Positions 21,006-31,082 of a stretch of DNA of 64,000 bases are shown here, one piece after another. A model generated the notes under the pieces. The model was not told where the DNA came from and made no database searches. It saw only the letters and a list, made by a program, of their open reading frames with translations. The DNA lies in IMG/VR virus record IMGVR_UViG_3300021142_000004. One strand, written 5' to 3'. This stretch comes from a virus. Each line of letters starts with the position of its first letter. Positions within the stretch are counted from its first letter, which is position 1. Made by a program: the position numbers and the translations under genes.

Positions 21006-21320
21006 TTATTTTCTTTTTAATTTGAAAGGTTTTCTTTCATCTTTATTTATTGGGTCGGTATTTCCAATAGTAACGTTAACGTCATTTTCTATAAGAATAT
21101 CCCTAAGAAAACCCAAATTAAATGATGTTTTACCCCCTGTCGCCGGTCCTCCGATGATAGTGCCAGGATATTCACCCACATTTAGACCACTTGAAAGGGG
21201 TGGTTCATCAAAATTATCAAAAACATTACTAAAATAATAATTACCGTAAAGACTAAATCCACCATTATTATGGACATGTTTAACGTATGTGTCAATATCA
21301 ATTATGTTAACCTTTTTCAT
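21006..21320 (-). CDS. small protein with helicase-like P-loop fragment and RKPFKLKRK tag
   Basis: GL..GE..TIIGGPATGGKTSF without the rest of an ATPase. Confidence 0.65.
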   Translation of the reverse strand: MKKVNIIDIDTYVKHVHNNGGFSLYGNYYFSNVFDNFDEPPLSSGLNVGEYPGTIIGGPATGGKTSFNLGFLRDILIENDVNVTIGNTDPINKDERKPFKLKRK

Positions 21321-21337
21321 TTTTTAATAATTTTTTT

Positions 21338-21496
21338 TTACCAATGTCTTATGATTCCTGCAACAATGAAAAGATTTGTTATTATATAAATTGCAACAAT
21401 AATGGTTCTTACTATTGCAATTTTATCTGCTTCATCGTTTGAGTTACCAGATTTTTCTCCAAGGGACTTTGCCCATATTCTCCAAATACTATTCAT
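21338..21496 (-). CDS. small conserved phage membrane protein (not in ORF track)
   Basis: WRIWAKSLGEK...EADKIA..RT...TN.FIVAG..RHW. Confidence 0.8.
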   Translation of the reverse strand: MNSIWRIWAKSLGEKSGNSNDEADKIAIVRTIIVAIYIITNLFIVAGIIRHW

Positions 21497-21628
21497 CAAA
21501 TAATTTAATTAAATATTGAAACATTTCACTGTTTATCATTTTGAAATATTTTTATTACTGCAAATATAATTCTTTTTTTTTAAATAAAAAAAATGAAATT
21601 CATATGGTAATTGATATATTTATATAAT

Positions 21629-22354
21629 ATGGACTATAAAAAACATTATGATAAATTAATTGAAACAAGAACTAAAAGGATCATTAATAAAAATGAATAC
21701 TATGAAGAACACCATATTATACCTAAAAGTCTTGGTGGAACCGATTCAAAAAACAATTTAATATTTTTAACTGCCAGAGAACATTTTATCGCTCATTGGT
21801 TATTATGGAGAATTTATAGAAACAAAGAAATGGCATTTGCTTTTTTTGCTATGGTTCATATGGGTAATAACCAAAAAATTAATTCATCTAGAATTTATGA
21901 AGAATGTAAATTAGCTAGACGTGAATTTATTATTATTAATAATAAAAAATACCATAAAAATAAAACAATATCTCAAAAACAAATTAAAATAATAAGTGAA
22001 CTATTTAAAAATAAACAAAAAACTAAAGAACATCGTAATAAAATATCTGAATCGTTAAAAAATAAACCAAAAACAAATAGTCACAAAAATAATTTATCAA
22101 AATCACTTAAAAATTTTGATTGGTCAAATCATTTAGAAAGAAATAAAAAAATTTCATTATCTAATAGTGGTGAAAAAAATGGTAGATCAAAAAAAGTTTT
22201 TATGTACAATGAAAATAATGTTTTATTGTTAACTTTTAACACAATGAAAGATGCGTTAGAATATATAAATAAAACAAAAAAATTTACTAAAACTACATTT
22301 TATCGTTATGTTTTAAACAAAAAAATGATAGATTCGATATTTTTTTCTTTTTAA
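21629..22354 (+). mobile_element. HNH homing endonuclease with NUMOD-like repeats
   Basis: EEHHIIPKSLGG...NL..LTAREHF.AH; KT.EH..KISES repeats; opposite strand to neighbours, TATTTAT upstream. Confidence 0.92.
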
Positions 22355-22881
22355 TTGTTTTTTAAAATTTCAATAGACTTTTCAAGTCTATCCCACAATG
22401 TTGTGTGTTCACCATCAATAAATAATTTATTTTTAAACTCATCATGTTCTTCCAAATACATTAATGATTTATCATGATTACCCATTCTTATTCCATGTTC
22501 AATGTTTGCAATTCTATCTGCAAGTTTAGTAGGTTTTGCTTTTGGATATTGTTGAAGTTTTAACATTACCCTTTCTTTTTTTTCTTTCCTGTTTCTAACA
22601 TCTGAAGGATCAGTACAAGCTAAAACAATTTCCGCAACATTATAACCAAAAACCTTTTTAATTTTACTATAAGTTAAATTACCATCTTCAATAGTATCAT
22701 GTAAATAACCTCCAATAATATCATCACCAGAATAACCATGTTCTTTAAGAACATTTACAACATCTTCAATATGTTTTTCATATGGAAAAATATCGTACAT
22801 AATATTCTTATGTGTTACATATGCAACCATTTTTGCCTCAGTAATCAACTTATCATAATTAATTTTTTCCTTTATTGACAT
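22351..22881 (-). CDS. RelA/SpoT-type HD hydrolase (Mesh1/small alarmone hydrolase-like)
   Basis: PY..H...V, LHDTIED, KLADR..N. Confidence 0.88.
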   Translation of the reverse strand: MSIKEKINYDKLITEAKMVAYVTHKNIMYDIFPYEKHIEDVVNVLKEHGYSGDDIIGGYLHDTIEDGNLTYSKIKKVFGYNVAEIVLACTDPSDVRNRKEKKERVMLKLQQYPKAKPTKLADRIANIEHGIRMGNHDKSLMYLEEHDEFKNKLFIDGEHTTLWDRLEKSIEILKNN

Positions 22882-22884
22882 AAA

Positions 22885-23433
22885 CTATCTTTTATATAAA
22901 CGATTGTTATTATAAAATGCAACTGGGTTTGTTTCCGCAATTAAACCATATTCTTTGGTTACATTCTCATGGATAAGTTCTCTATCCTCATTGATGTATT
23001 TGGCGATAATATGACAGAATCCATAATTCGATTCGTCAACAATATCTTGGTCTGTACCAAAAACACCACAATATGTTGCCTCACCAACTTCAGATATAAA
23101 CATCCCTGAATAGAAACCTTTAAGTTGATACTTATCAACGAATTTATCGGCATTACACCAAATGAATACGTTATTTTCTTTTTCATTTAACAATGGTACC
23201 ATTGAAAAATCAATGATTGTACCATAAGAACCGGGGAATTGTCCAACTGAAAACAAACCACCAGGATAACCATGACCCATGAACATACATCGGTCATGTT
23301 CCTTAATTAATAGGGCAACTTCTTCTTTCATAACTCCACCAGTTATAACTGTTTTGTTTGGAATATCTTTATAAACGATATCCAAGAAAGATGTTGACGG
23401 GTCTTTTGGGTGTATTATTAATGTCTTATTCAT
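22885..23433 (-). CDS. conserved phage hypothetical protein
   Basis: IHP.D.ST.FL, MGHG.P.GL, IWCNAD, SGMFISE. Confidence 0.8.
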   Translation of the reverse strand: MNKTLIIHPKDPSTSFLDIVYKDIPNKTVITGGVMKEEVALLIKEHDRCMFMGHGYPGGLFSVGQFPGSYGTIIDFSMVPLLNEKENNVFIWCNADKFVDKYQLKGFYSGMFISEVGEATYCGVFGTDQDIVDESNYGFCHIIAKYINEDRELIHENVTKEYGLIAETNPVAFYNNNRLYKR

Positions 23434-23475
23434 AATGCAAATATATGTTTTTAATTTTAATTAAACAAATTTATT

Positions 23476-24990
23476 TTATCCTGCTTGTTCATCTTGTGAT
23501 TCATCTCTCAATTGTGGACGTTCTATGGTAATATTTGTTGTAATCCAACCTGATCTTCCAAGTCTGTCACTCATTTCTGTTAGAAAATTATTAACTGATT
23601 CCTCAACATCACCATCAATTTCTCCCACCATTTCTTCACCATAATCTTCTGCCACCATATCTTCACCAGCTTCTGGCATTGGTTCAGCTTCAACACCATA
23701 GTCTTCTTCTTCATCTTCTCTTGATTCCATTTCAGAAATAAAATCTCGGTCAACATATTCTTCTTGTTGATGTTGTTCTTCCAATTGTCTCATTTGAGAA
23801 ATAAATTCACTCTCAACATCTTCATTTGCTTCTTGAATTCGATCCACTTCAAGATTATGAATATATTCTTGTCGTCTAGCAATTGCATCAACAAGATCGG
23901 CAACTCTTAATCTAGTCGGTTGTGGTTGATCTACAGGTCTATCTTCAACATCATCAGTCATTAACTCCCTAACACGTCTTGTTCTAACATTGTTAGTTAA
24001 ATCATTAATACGTTGTGCTAGTCTACCAAATCTATCATTTTCTACTCCATGAGCAAGTTCACCATAATTTATATCAGGTAACATACCAGGAACTACCTCT
24101 CCAGCAAGTTCTTGTTCTTCTTCATTAATGATTGTTTCACTTATACCAATTGTTCTTCTTTTCTTAAAAATTTCCTCTTCTTTTGGTACTTGAACTTTAT
24201 TTCTTTTTGCATAAACTTCCAAGTTAGTATAAGGATTGTTATTAATTTCCTCCATTAATATTGATTTAATATAATCAGGTAATCCCGATTCCATTGAATC
24301 AATTCTAACATCTTTCTGATCCCAAAATGAAAATTCTCTTGCAACACCACCAAGACTATTACTATCACTATGTTTTAATGACCTAAATACAGCAACTTTA
24401 ACACCGGTTTTTTTATTAATAAAATAAATTAAAATACCATTCTTAGTGTACTTATCAAAGTATGTTCTTTCATTATGTGTTGTACACCATTTGGTATTAG
24501 AACCATACTTTCTTGATGATTCATATGTTAATGGTCTTAATACTAACCATTCTTCATCGTCAGAAATTTTCTGTACTTGTTTCTCCATTTCTTTCTCAAT
24601 ATGTCTAGATTCAGATTTGGAAACCTCGTTCTTTAATTCATCAATTGATGTGTATGTTAATACATCATTTTTTTCAATTAAACCACGTTCATTTAAATTA
24701 ACAAACTTTTGGAATAATTTTATATCTTCAGACATATTTTCAGTAATCAAATAATGAATATATGTTGAAAACGATGTTAACATATCAACCTCTGATTGTG
24801 GTATATCAAAAATTTTTGAAATCAATGTACCATAAACATTATTTTTTTTACCACCTATTTTTTTATTCTTGTAAAGTTTACAAAATAATTCAAGGTACTT
24901 TGCTTTATTTGTTTTTGTAACAAAACTCATAACATCAACCAAACTGATGTTGTACTCCGGATTAGACTTTAGTTGTTTGTAATTTGACAT
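23476..24990 (-). CDS. paralog family C protein with long acidic tail
   Basis: PLTYE.S..YG.NTKWC.T shared with 45072-45743. Confidence 0.8.
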   Translation of the reverse strand: MSNYKQLKSNPEYNISLVDVMSFVTKTNKAKYLELFCKLYKNKKIGGKKNNVYGTLISKIFDIPQSEVDMLTSFSTYIHYLITENMSEDIKLFQKFVNLNERGLIEKNDVLTYTSIDELKNEVSKSESRHIEKEMEKQVQKISDDEEWLVLRPLTYESSRKYGSNTKWCTTHNERTYFDKYTKNGILIYFINKKTGVKVAVFRSLKHSDSNSLGGVAREFSFWDQKDVRIDSMESGLPDYIKSILMEEINNNPYTNLEVYAKRNKVQVPKEEEIFKKRRTIGISETIINEEEQELAGEVVPGMLPDINYGELAHGVENDRFGRLAQRINDLTNNVRTRRVRELMTDDVEDRPVDQPQPTRLRVADLVDAIARRQEYIHNLEVDRIQEANEDVESEFISQMRQLEEQHQQEEYVDRDFISEMESREDEEEDYGVEAEPMPEAGEDMVAEDYGEEMVGEIDGDVEESVNNFLTEMSDRLGRSGWITTNITIERPQLRDESQDEQAG

Positions 24991-25004
24991 TTTCTATTTA
25001 ATTT

Positions 25005-25658
25005 TTAATTTTTCCACTCGATTATTGGACAAGCCCTTTTATATATTGCAACTACCATTTGTTTTGGTACTTGTATGAAATTTGTATAATATAATTTTAA
25101 ACAAACATATCTAAATCCTTTAAATGTATAATAAAAAAACACAATGGATAATATAATTCCTAATACAACTAAAATACCAGCACCAATAACCTTTAAAATA
25201 TATAACCATCCATATTTAGTAACACCATCGTAAAAACAATATACGATACCAAGTAAAACTCCTATTATAATAATACCAAAGAGTACTTTACCGATAATTA
25301 CAACTGTCTTTAATTTTCTTAGTTCTTTATCATAATCGTATTCTTTTTCGACTTTTGGTTTATTAGTTTTAAATTTACTTCGAATATAATAAAATAATTT
25401 TTTAACACCCAAAATAGGTAATATTATTGGTGATAATAATATTAAAAATACCATAGACCAATAATATGGACATAATACTTTTGGTTGTTCTTTTGAGAAG
25501 ACATTTGAATAGTACCAAAAATGCCAGCTATTCTTATTAAATTTTATTGTTTTACTGATTGTTCCATCAGATTCTACTGATAGTGAATTTGAACTTTTAA
25601 TGAATAAGGTGATCCCAATTAAAATAATAATACCTAAGATTAAATAAATGAATACCAT
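25005..25658 (-). CDS. multi-pass membrane protein
   Basis: Several TM segments, LCPY.W, CP.I.W. Confidence 0.75.
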   Translation of the reverse strand: MVFIYLILGIIILIGITLFIKSSNSLSVESDGTISKTIKFNKNSWHFWYYSNVFSKEQPKVLCPYYWSMVFLILLSPIILPILGVKKLFYYIRSKFKTNKPKVEKEYDYDKELRKLKTVVIIGKVLFGIIIIGVLLGIVYCFYDGVTKYGWLYILKVIGAGILVVLGIILSIVFFYYTFKGFRYVCLKLYYTNFIQVPKQMVVAIYKRACPIIEWKN

Positions 25659-25699
25659 TTTAAAATTTTTTATTTGTTATTAATAGAACAAAGATAATA

Positions 25700-25735
25700 A
25701 AAAAACCCCAATAAAAAAAATTATTGGGGTTTTTA
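25700..25735 (-). terminator. intrinsic terminator
   Basis: AAAAACCCCAATAA...TTATTGGGGTTTTT inverted repeat. Confidence 0.8.
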
Positions 25736-25749
25736 TCTAATTTATTTTT

Positions 25750-26880
25750 TTATTTAAAACCAATTTTGGTTTTTTCTTCCGATTTGAACTCTTCCTCATT
25801 GACATTATATATTTCAGTTAATGTCATTGGTTTTGTTGCAACAAAATCTTTGATCTTCAAGTGATTAACCAATTTATTTGATTCCTCAATGGATAATTTA
25901 TCAAATTTATGTTCAGCAATTAATCTACCTTTACGGAGTAATGCTTCATCAATCTTCTTCTTATCCATATTAAATGTTGCCACAATCTGAATATTCAACA
26001 TATCACTTAATATACCATCAGTAATGTTAAGGATGTTTGAAACCCCAGCAGTTCCTCCAGTATTTCTATCGGTGATCACCCTTTCAGCATCCTCAATGAA
26101 GAGGATACTATCGGAATTATCAATAAGGAATGGTGTCATTTCAGGTGAGGTGATAAAGTCTGCCAGATGTGGTGGAACAAATATTACTCTCTTATCCTTA
26201 ATCTTACTTGCCAAGTACTTTAAATAGTGGGTTTTACCTGTACCAGGTGTACCATGTAACAATACCAACCCTTTACCATTAGGTTTATTAAGATGTGTTA
26301 TTATTTTATTATGTACCTTTGTGAAATGAGAACCATAATTCAATTCAATATCCATCTTTTGTTTTGGTAATTCAAATAGAACAGTACTATAACCAGATTT
26401 AGATGTTGTAATTAAACGAATGTTATTTTCTTTTTCCTTTTCGGGTTTACCTAAGATAGTTAATTCATTAATTAATTGACGATAAGTATCTTCAGATGTG
26501 TTTGAAAACACATAAGGAGAACCACCGGTATTTTTATTTTTACCTTTTCTTTTATTTTTAATGTTTCTACCACCGAAAGAGATTACAATTATACCACCAT
26601 CATTGTATTTTTTATAATAATGTGATACTAAATAATGTCTCTCTTTTGATTGATATTCTTTTGTGTGAACATGAATAAATCCTTTTTCAGTTATTAACTT
26701 GAAAATCTCATCACCGTTATACTTTATTTCTTCGGAAGGTTTAAAATATCTATCAATCGGCTTACCTGTTTTATTCATAATAAAAGGTCCCACCGGAAAA
26801 TCATCCGAATCAAACGGACGATAAAATGTCTCTTCGTGTATTCCATCCATATCTAATATATTTTTAAACTCCTCCTTCAC
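25750..26880 (-). CDS. AAA+ ATPase
   Basis: GTPGTGKT, FIEDAE, LN..DG, D.ALLR.GRL. Confidence 0.93.
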   Translation of the reverse strand: MKEEFKNILDMDGIHEETFYRPFDSDDFPVGPFIMNKTGKPIDRYFKPSEEIKYNGDEIFKLITEKGFIHVHTKEYQSKERHYLVSHYYKKYNDGGIIVISFGGRNIKNKRKGKNKNTGGSPYVFSNTSEDTYRQLINELTILGKPEKEKENNIRLITTSKSGYSTVLFELPKQKMDIELNYGSHFTKVHNKIITHLNKPNGKGLVLLHGTPGTGKTHYLKYLASKIKDKRVIFVPPHLADFITSPEMTPFLIDNSDSILFIEDAERVITDRNTGGTAGVSNILNITDGILSDMLNIQIVATFNMDKKKIDEALLRKGRLIAEHKFDKLSIEESNKLVNHLKIKDFVATKPMTLTEIYNVNEEEFKSEEKTKIGFK

Positions 26881-26889
26881 TTTTTTTAA

Positions 26890-27501
26890 TTATTTTACAC
26901 CCATTGCGTTCTTGGAAATATCCAACATTTTTTGTGCTTCATCTGTACTAATTACCGCTAATTTAGAAACTGGTTGATTGAAGTGTAATGGAACAGTTGA
27001 TGTAATATATTTCATATTACTTTCAATATATATGTTCTCAGGTGTGAACCCAAATACAGCGTCACCATTTGTTCCATAAGAACCCGCCTCATCTGGAGAT
27101 GGGACTACTGCAACTTGCCCAACCGGTAAATCATTTCCACTTCTTGCACCTGATATGATCTGCATTGTATTGGTTAATTGACTATTAACTGATGATACTT
27201 TATTAACTTGATAATAACCAATTGGTGTTCCAACTCCTTCAATGAAGATATACATATAGAACATAACCGCTCTATCATTTTGAAGTTTAAAACGTTTGAT
27301 AAGGTTATCACGTTCCAACGACCAACTGATTGTCGGTGCAGGTTGTACCTCATTTAAATTTTGTTGATTACTCTCGGTGTGAGCCTGTTCTTTAATTGCC
27401 GATGTGTTATCCGGAACTTCTTGATTTACATTACAACCTGTATTAGACATCATAATTGTCATTAATACGAAAACTGATACTACTGTTAAAAACTTTTTCA
27501 T
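26890..27501 (-). CDS. putative lipoprotein
   Basis: Signal peptide ending TGC; KVSS..S.LT, GSYG...D..F.FT. Confidence 0.75.
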   Translation of the reverse strand: MKKFLTVVSVFVLMTIMMSNTGCNVNQEVPDNTSAIKEQAHTESNQQNLNEVQPAPTISWSLERDNLIKRFKLQNDRAVMFYMYIFIEGVGTPIGYYQVNKVSSVNSQLTNTMQIISGARSGNDLPVGQVAVVPSPDEAGSYGTNGDAVFGFTPENIYIESNMKYITSTVPLHFNQPVSKLAVISTDEAQKMLDISKNAMGVK

Positions 27502-27517
27502 TTTTTTTGTTTTTTTT

Positions 27518-27907
27518 TTATTTGTTATAATTAGAAAAATCATTTACATTTAACTGATATGGTAATGCATCAGATTTCCACCATTTCTTATCAATATGTT
27601 TACTCTTTGCGTTGTATTCTTCAACCCATCTATTCAAATTGGATTTCGTTGCGTTAATACGTTGTGCCTTTGTAAACTGTTCAAACTGTCTGTCAGTTTC
27701 TGGTGTTGATTGTACAATACCCAAATCAGTATTTAACTGATCACAAGTTGCTTTGATGTTCTGATACTCATCATAACTAATCACAGCGTTTTCCATACTA
27801 TTCTCTACATGTCTTTGTAGAATGTCACATGACCTACATGTGAATGACAATAGTGTAATCCCCATTAGGATTAAAACCACTAACATAATTTGTCCGAATG
27901 TCCTCAT
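27518..27907 (-). CDS. membrane-anchored protein
   Basis: N-terminal TM; EYNA.S...W....LP. Confidence 0.7.
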   Translation of the reverse strand: MRTFGQIMLVVLILMGITLLSFTCRSCDILQRHVENSMENAVISYDEYQNIKATCDQLNTDLGIVQSTPETDRQFEQFTKAQRINATKSNLNRWVEEYNAKSKHIDKKWWKSDALPYQLNVNDFSNYNK

Positions 27908-27976
27908 TTTTTTTTAATTTATTATTGTTATTTAATGATGCAAATATAAGTGAATTGTTTGAGATAAAAAAATAAA

Positions 27977-28282
27977 TTATAATTTTTCTATTAATTTAAT
28001 TCTTTTTGCTAGAATCCATTTACCACCTTGTTTCTCAGGTCTAATCATTTCAGTATAATCTTCAACTTGAACTTTACACCAAACTCTATTCTTTAAAGTT
28101 AAATGTGGTGCGGTTGGGTTCTCTGTACAATGAAAATAAGGTCTGAATTTATAACCCTTTGTTGGATATTCCTTTGCTTCAATCCATTGATTAAATGGAT
28201 AGGTTTCTTTTTTATTGATGAATAAAGATGATATTGAACCATCTTTCCTCAATCTGAATAGTTTATAAACTATCATGAACAA
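27977..28282 (-). CDS. conserved phage hypothetical protein
   Basis: YKLFR.RKDG...LFIN, RP..H....P.APHL, QGG.W. Confidence 0.8.
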   Translation of the reverse strand: MFMIVYKLFRLRKDGSISSLFINKKETYPFNQWIEAKEYPTKGYKFRPYFHCTENPTAPHLTLKNRVWCKVQVEDYTEMIRPEKQGGKWILAKRIKLIEKL

Positions 28283-28818
28283 ATTTTAAACGTTCTTTCT
28301 AATATTGATTGTAACTCATTATCTTTATCAAGATGGATTGTATTCCAAAGTAACATATCAAGATGACCAGAGATTCCAAAATCTTCTTCTGTTCTAAGAA
28401 TTGAATTTAATTTAGATAACTCGTTTAATGATTCAACACGATCCGGTCTTTGATTGAAGATACGATATTCTTCCATTTTTTCTTCCGGATTTTGTGTTTT
28501 GAATTCTTCTTTATATTGTTTTTGACGAATATTTATTAATTCTTGTCTTCTATCACTCTGTTCCTCAGTTAATTTATTAACATAACGATGAAGTGTAAGG
28601 TTAAAAAAATCAGTTTGACGAATTGACTTATGGAAATCATAAAACCAATCTTCTTTGTTTTCTTGGTAATGTGATAACCAGTATTCCAAATTTTCTTTTA
28701 ATTCTTTTTCAGGAAATATGGAAAACAAATGATGATACATTGAACATATATCACTATATTTTGATTTCAAAATTTCTTTAAACTCTTTTACAATGTCTTC
28801 CATGTCTAATTAATTTAT

Positions 28819-28855
28819 GCAAAAATAAGGTGGAACTTTCATTCCACCAAATTTA
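28819..28855 (-). promoter_or_regulatory. fused terminator/promoter, GGTGG/CCACC variant
   Basis: TTTG-GTGGAATGAAAGTTCCACCT-TATTTTTG; near-identical at 36017-36053. Confidence 0.8.
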
Positions 28856-29217
28856 TTTTTTTAACAACGATAATTTACATCATCCTCACTTGGGAATAAT
28901 AATCTTCATCAAACGTGTCTTCCGTACTATCGAATGTATTTTCCATAAAATTATTTTTTTTTTAATTCGTACCATTCATCAAAAGATTGTTTACTAACTT
29001 CTTTTAATTTATCTAACCTTTTAATCCTTTCCTCAGTTTCTTTAATTATACCATTTATGGTTTTAATATAAACTTCATATTCATGTTTATATGATTCTTT
29101 AGGTTTAACCTCTTTTACTTTTTCATCAACCGATTTTTTTTCATTAAAACAATCATTGGTACAAGGACCATGATCACAGTACCAACAATGTAATCCAATT
29201 CCAATTGCCATGGTTAA

Positions 29218-29718
29218 TTATTTTTTATTGTATTTAACCATTGTAACATCCATATCCTTTAACTCTCGTTTAATTATTGGTAAAACAATATTAATGTCTC
29301 CCCCAGCAAGACCACAACCTATAACATAAGGGAGACCAATATGTTTACCTTTGAAGATATGATTAATCTTTCTCATACACATGGTAATTGCCTCATAATC
29401 TACTGGTTTTTCAACACCATCAGTATGGTTTTTACCATAATAAAATTGAGTGTAACTATTAACAACAATCAAATTTTTTATTACATTACCAGATGTGTTT
29501 AATAATGGAACATATTCCCAATCAATTTGACCTAATTTATTTATATTACCTTTATATTGATTTTTTTCAAGTTCAAAACGATCAGTACCAAATGTTTTAA
29601 CCATTTGTGGTGCGATTCCCGCCTGCATTGTGCAAAAACAATTGCAACCATGTGATATAACATCAAAATTTCCTTCAAGACCCAATTTTATTAAGTCACC
29701 TTCTATTTCTTTATACAT
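29218..29718 (-). CDS. macrodomain (ADP-ribose-processing) protein
   Basis: GDL, HGCNCF.TM.AGIA, NSYTQ, P..IGCGLAGG. Confidence 0.92.
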   Translation of the reverse strand: MYKEIEGDLIKLGLEGNFDVISHGCNCFCTMQAGIAPQMVKTFGTDRFELEKNQYKGNINKLGQIDWEYVPLLNTSGNVIKNLIVVNSYTQFYYGKNHTDGVEKPVDYEAITMCMRKINHIFKGKHIGLPYVIGCGLAGGDINIVLPIIKRELKDMDVTMVKYNKK

Positions 29719-30130
29719 AATATTTTTTAATTTTCAACTTCAACATCAAATTTTTTTATTGGAGTGACCAATTCATATTTACGTTGATCACTCCATGATA
29801 GTCTACAATATTCAACTTCAGTTATTGTAATTGAATGGTCAGAAATAAGACGATAGTAATTACCCATTAAACTTAGTTTTATTTTTTTCTTTATGTTCCA
29901 AATACTTCACATGAACTTTTTCTGCATATTGCATTAATTCAATTACTGCAAATGTATCATTATGATGTCTTTTTACATTTACAAAAAATGAATTGTCATC
30001 AAGTGTCCAAAAATCTGCATATGTTAGTACCCAAAAATATGTTTCCTTGTGGATAATATATTCAGTATCAATACCACGATAGACTATTTCACCAGTACCA
30101 TCTTTTTTTTCTGACCACTTAATTTCCATA

Positions 30131-31030
30131 TTAAAATACGTTATATTGTGTAACCTTTGTTTTTACAAATTCATTTTCATTTAACACTAATTTAGGAATA
30201 TCCTTAACTGAATTTGTACAATAGATACCATCAAAGTATTCACTTAATGTTTCAAAACTTGCACTGAATATACCATGTGTTACAACTAAGTAAATTCTAG
30301 CATCAGGATAAGTTTCAATGATAACTTTTGCAATCTCAATAAATGTTCTACCACCATCACAAATGTCATCAATAATAACAAATGATTTGTTACTATGTTC
30401 AGGAGTAAGAGGAACATCAGTTCTCAAAATCCTACCAGTTTCAACATCACGATGTTTTGATGCAATTAATATATTATTTTTATAACCAATACCTTCTGCA
30501 ACATGATAAATCTTCTTCATTGCACCAGCATCAGGTGAAACAATAACAGATTGAGTTAATCCAATTGCTGGTGGTACAATATTGGTTATTGCAAACTTAA
30601 CAAGGTTTACGTTATCAATAATATTAAGGTTCTTAATACAAGCAGCTGCAACATCACTATGTGCATCCATTACTGTTACACTTTCATAATCTTGTGCATT
30701 TAATATTGGTGCAATCACATCAACAAGATAAGAGTTACCACCAGATAAAAATTGACGATCTGAACGTGCCCCAAGTAAATAAGGAATGTAAAGATGTATT
30801 TCTTTTACTTTCAATCTACGAAGTGCTTTAGTTGCACATATAATTAATTCCAAGTCCTTAAATGAGTTGAAACGTGATTTAATCTGTATCACTTCATTAG
30901 AACCAATATCGGTTATATTTGAAGTGAATTTCCAACTAATTAATGTGATGTCTTGTTGACCATCAGGAAATGTAGATATTCTGAATTTAATGTCAGATTC
31001 TCCATAATTTGTTAAGTTTAAAACTTTCAT
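30131..31030 (-). CDS. ribose-phosphate pyrophosphokinase-like enzyme (candidate NARP1 ADPR-PP synthase)
   Basis: FPDGQ, PYL.GARSDR, DAHS, SPDAGA, DDICDGGRTF, THGIF. Confidence 0.92.
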   Translation of the reverse strand: MKVLNLTNYGESDIKFRISTFPDGQQDITLISWKFTSNITDIGSNEVIQIKSRFNSFKDLELIICATKALRRLKVKEIHLYIPYLLGARSDRQFLSGGNSYLVDVIAPILNAQDYESVTVMDAHSDVAAACIKNLNIIDNVNLVKFAITNIVPPAIGLTQSVIVSPDAGAMKKIYHVAEGIGYKNNILIASKHRDVETGRILRTDVPLTPEHSNKSFVIIDDICDGGRTFIEIAKVIIETYPDARIYLVVTHGIFSASFETLSEYFDGIYCTNSVKDIPKLVLNENEFVKTKVTQYNVF

Positions 31031-31082
31031 ATTTTTATTTTAATGTTATGCAAATATAAGTAAAATGTATTAATTAAAAAAA

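Noticed and set aside
27977-28282. YKLFRLRK as another copy of the tag
   Set aside because: Lacks the invariant F and the upstream R, and is part of that family's own conserved N-terminus.
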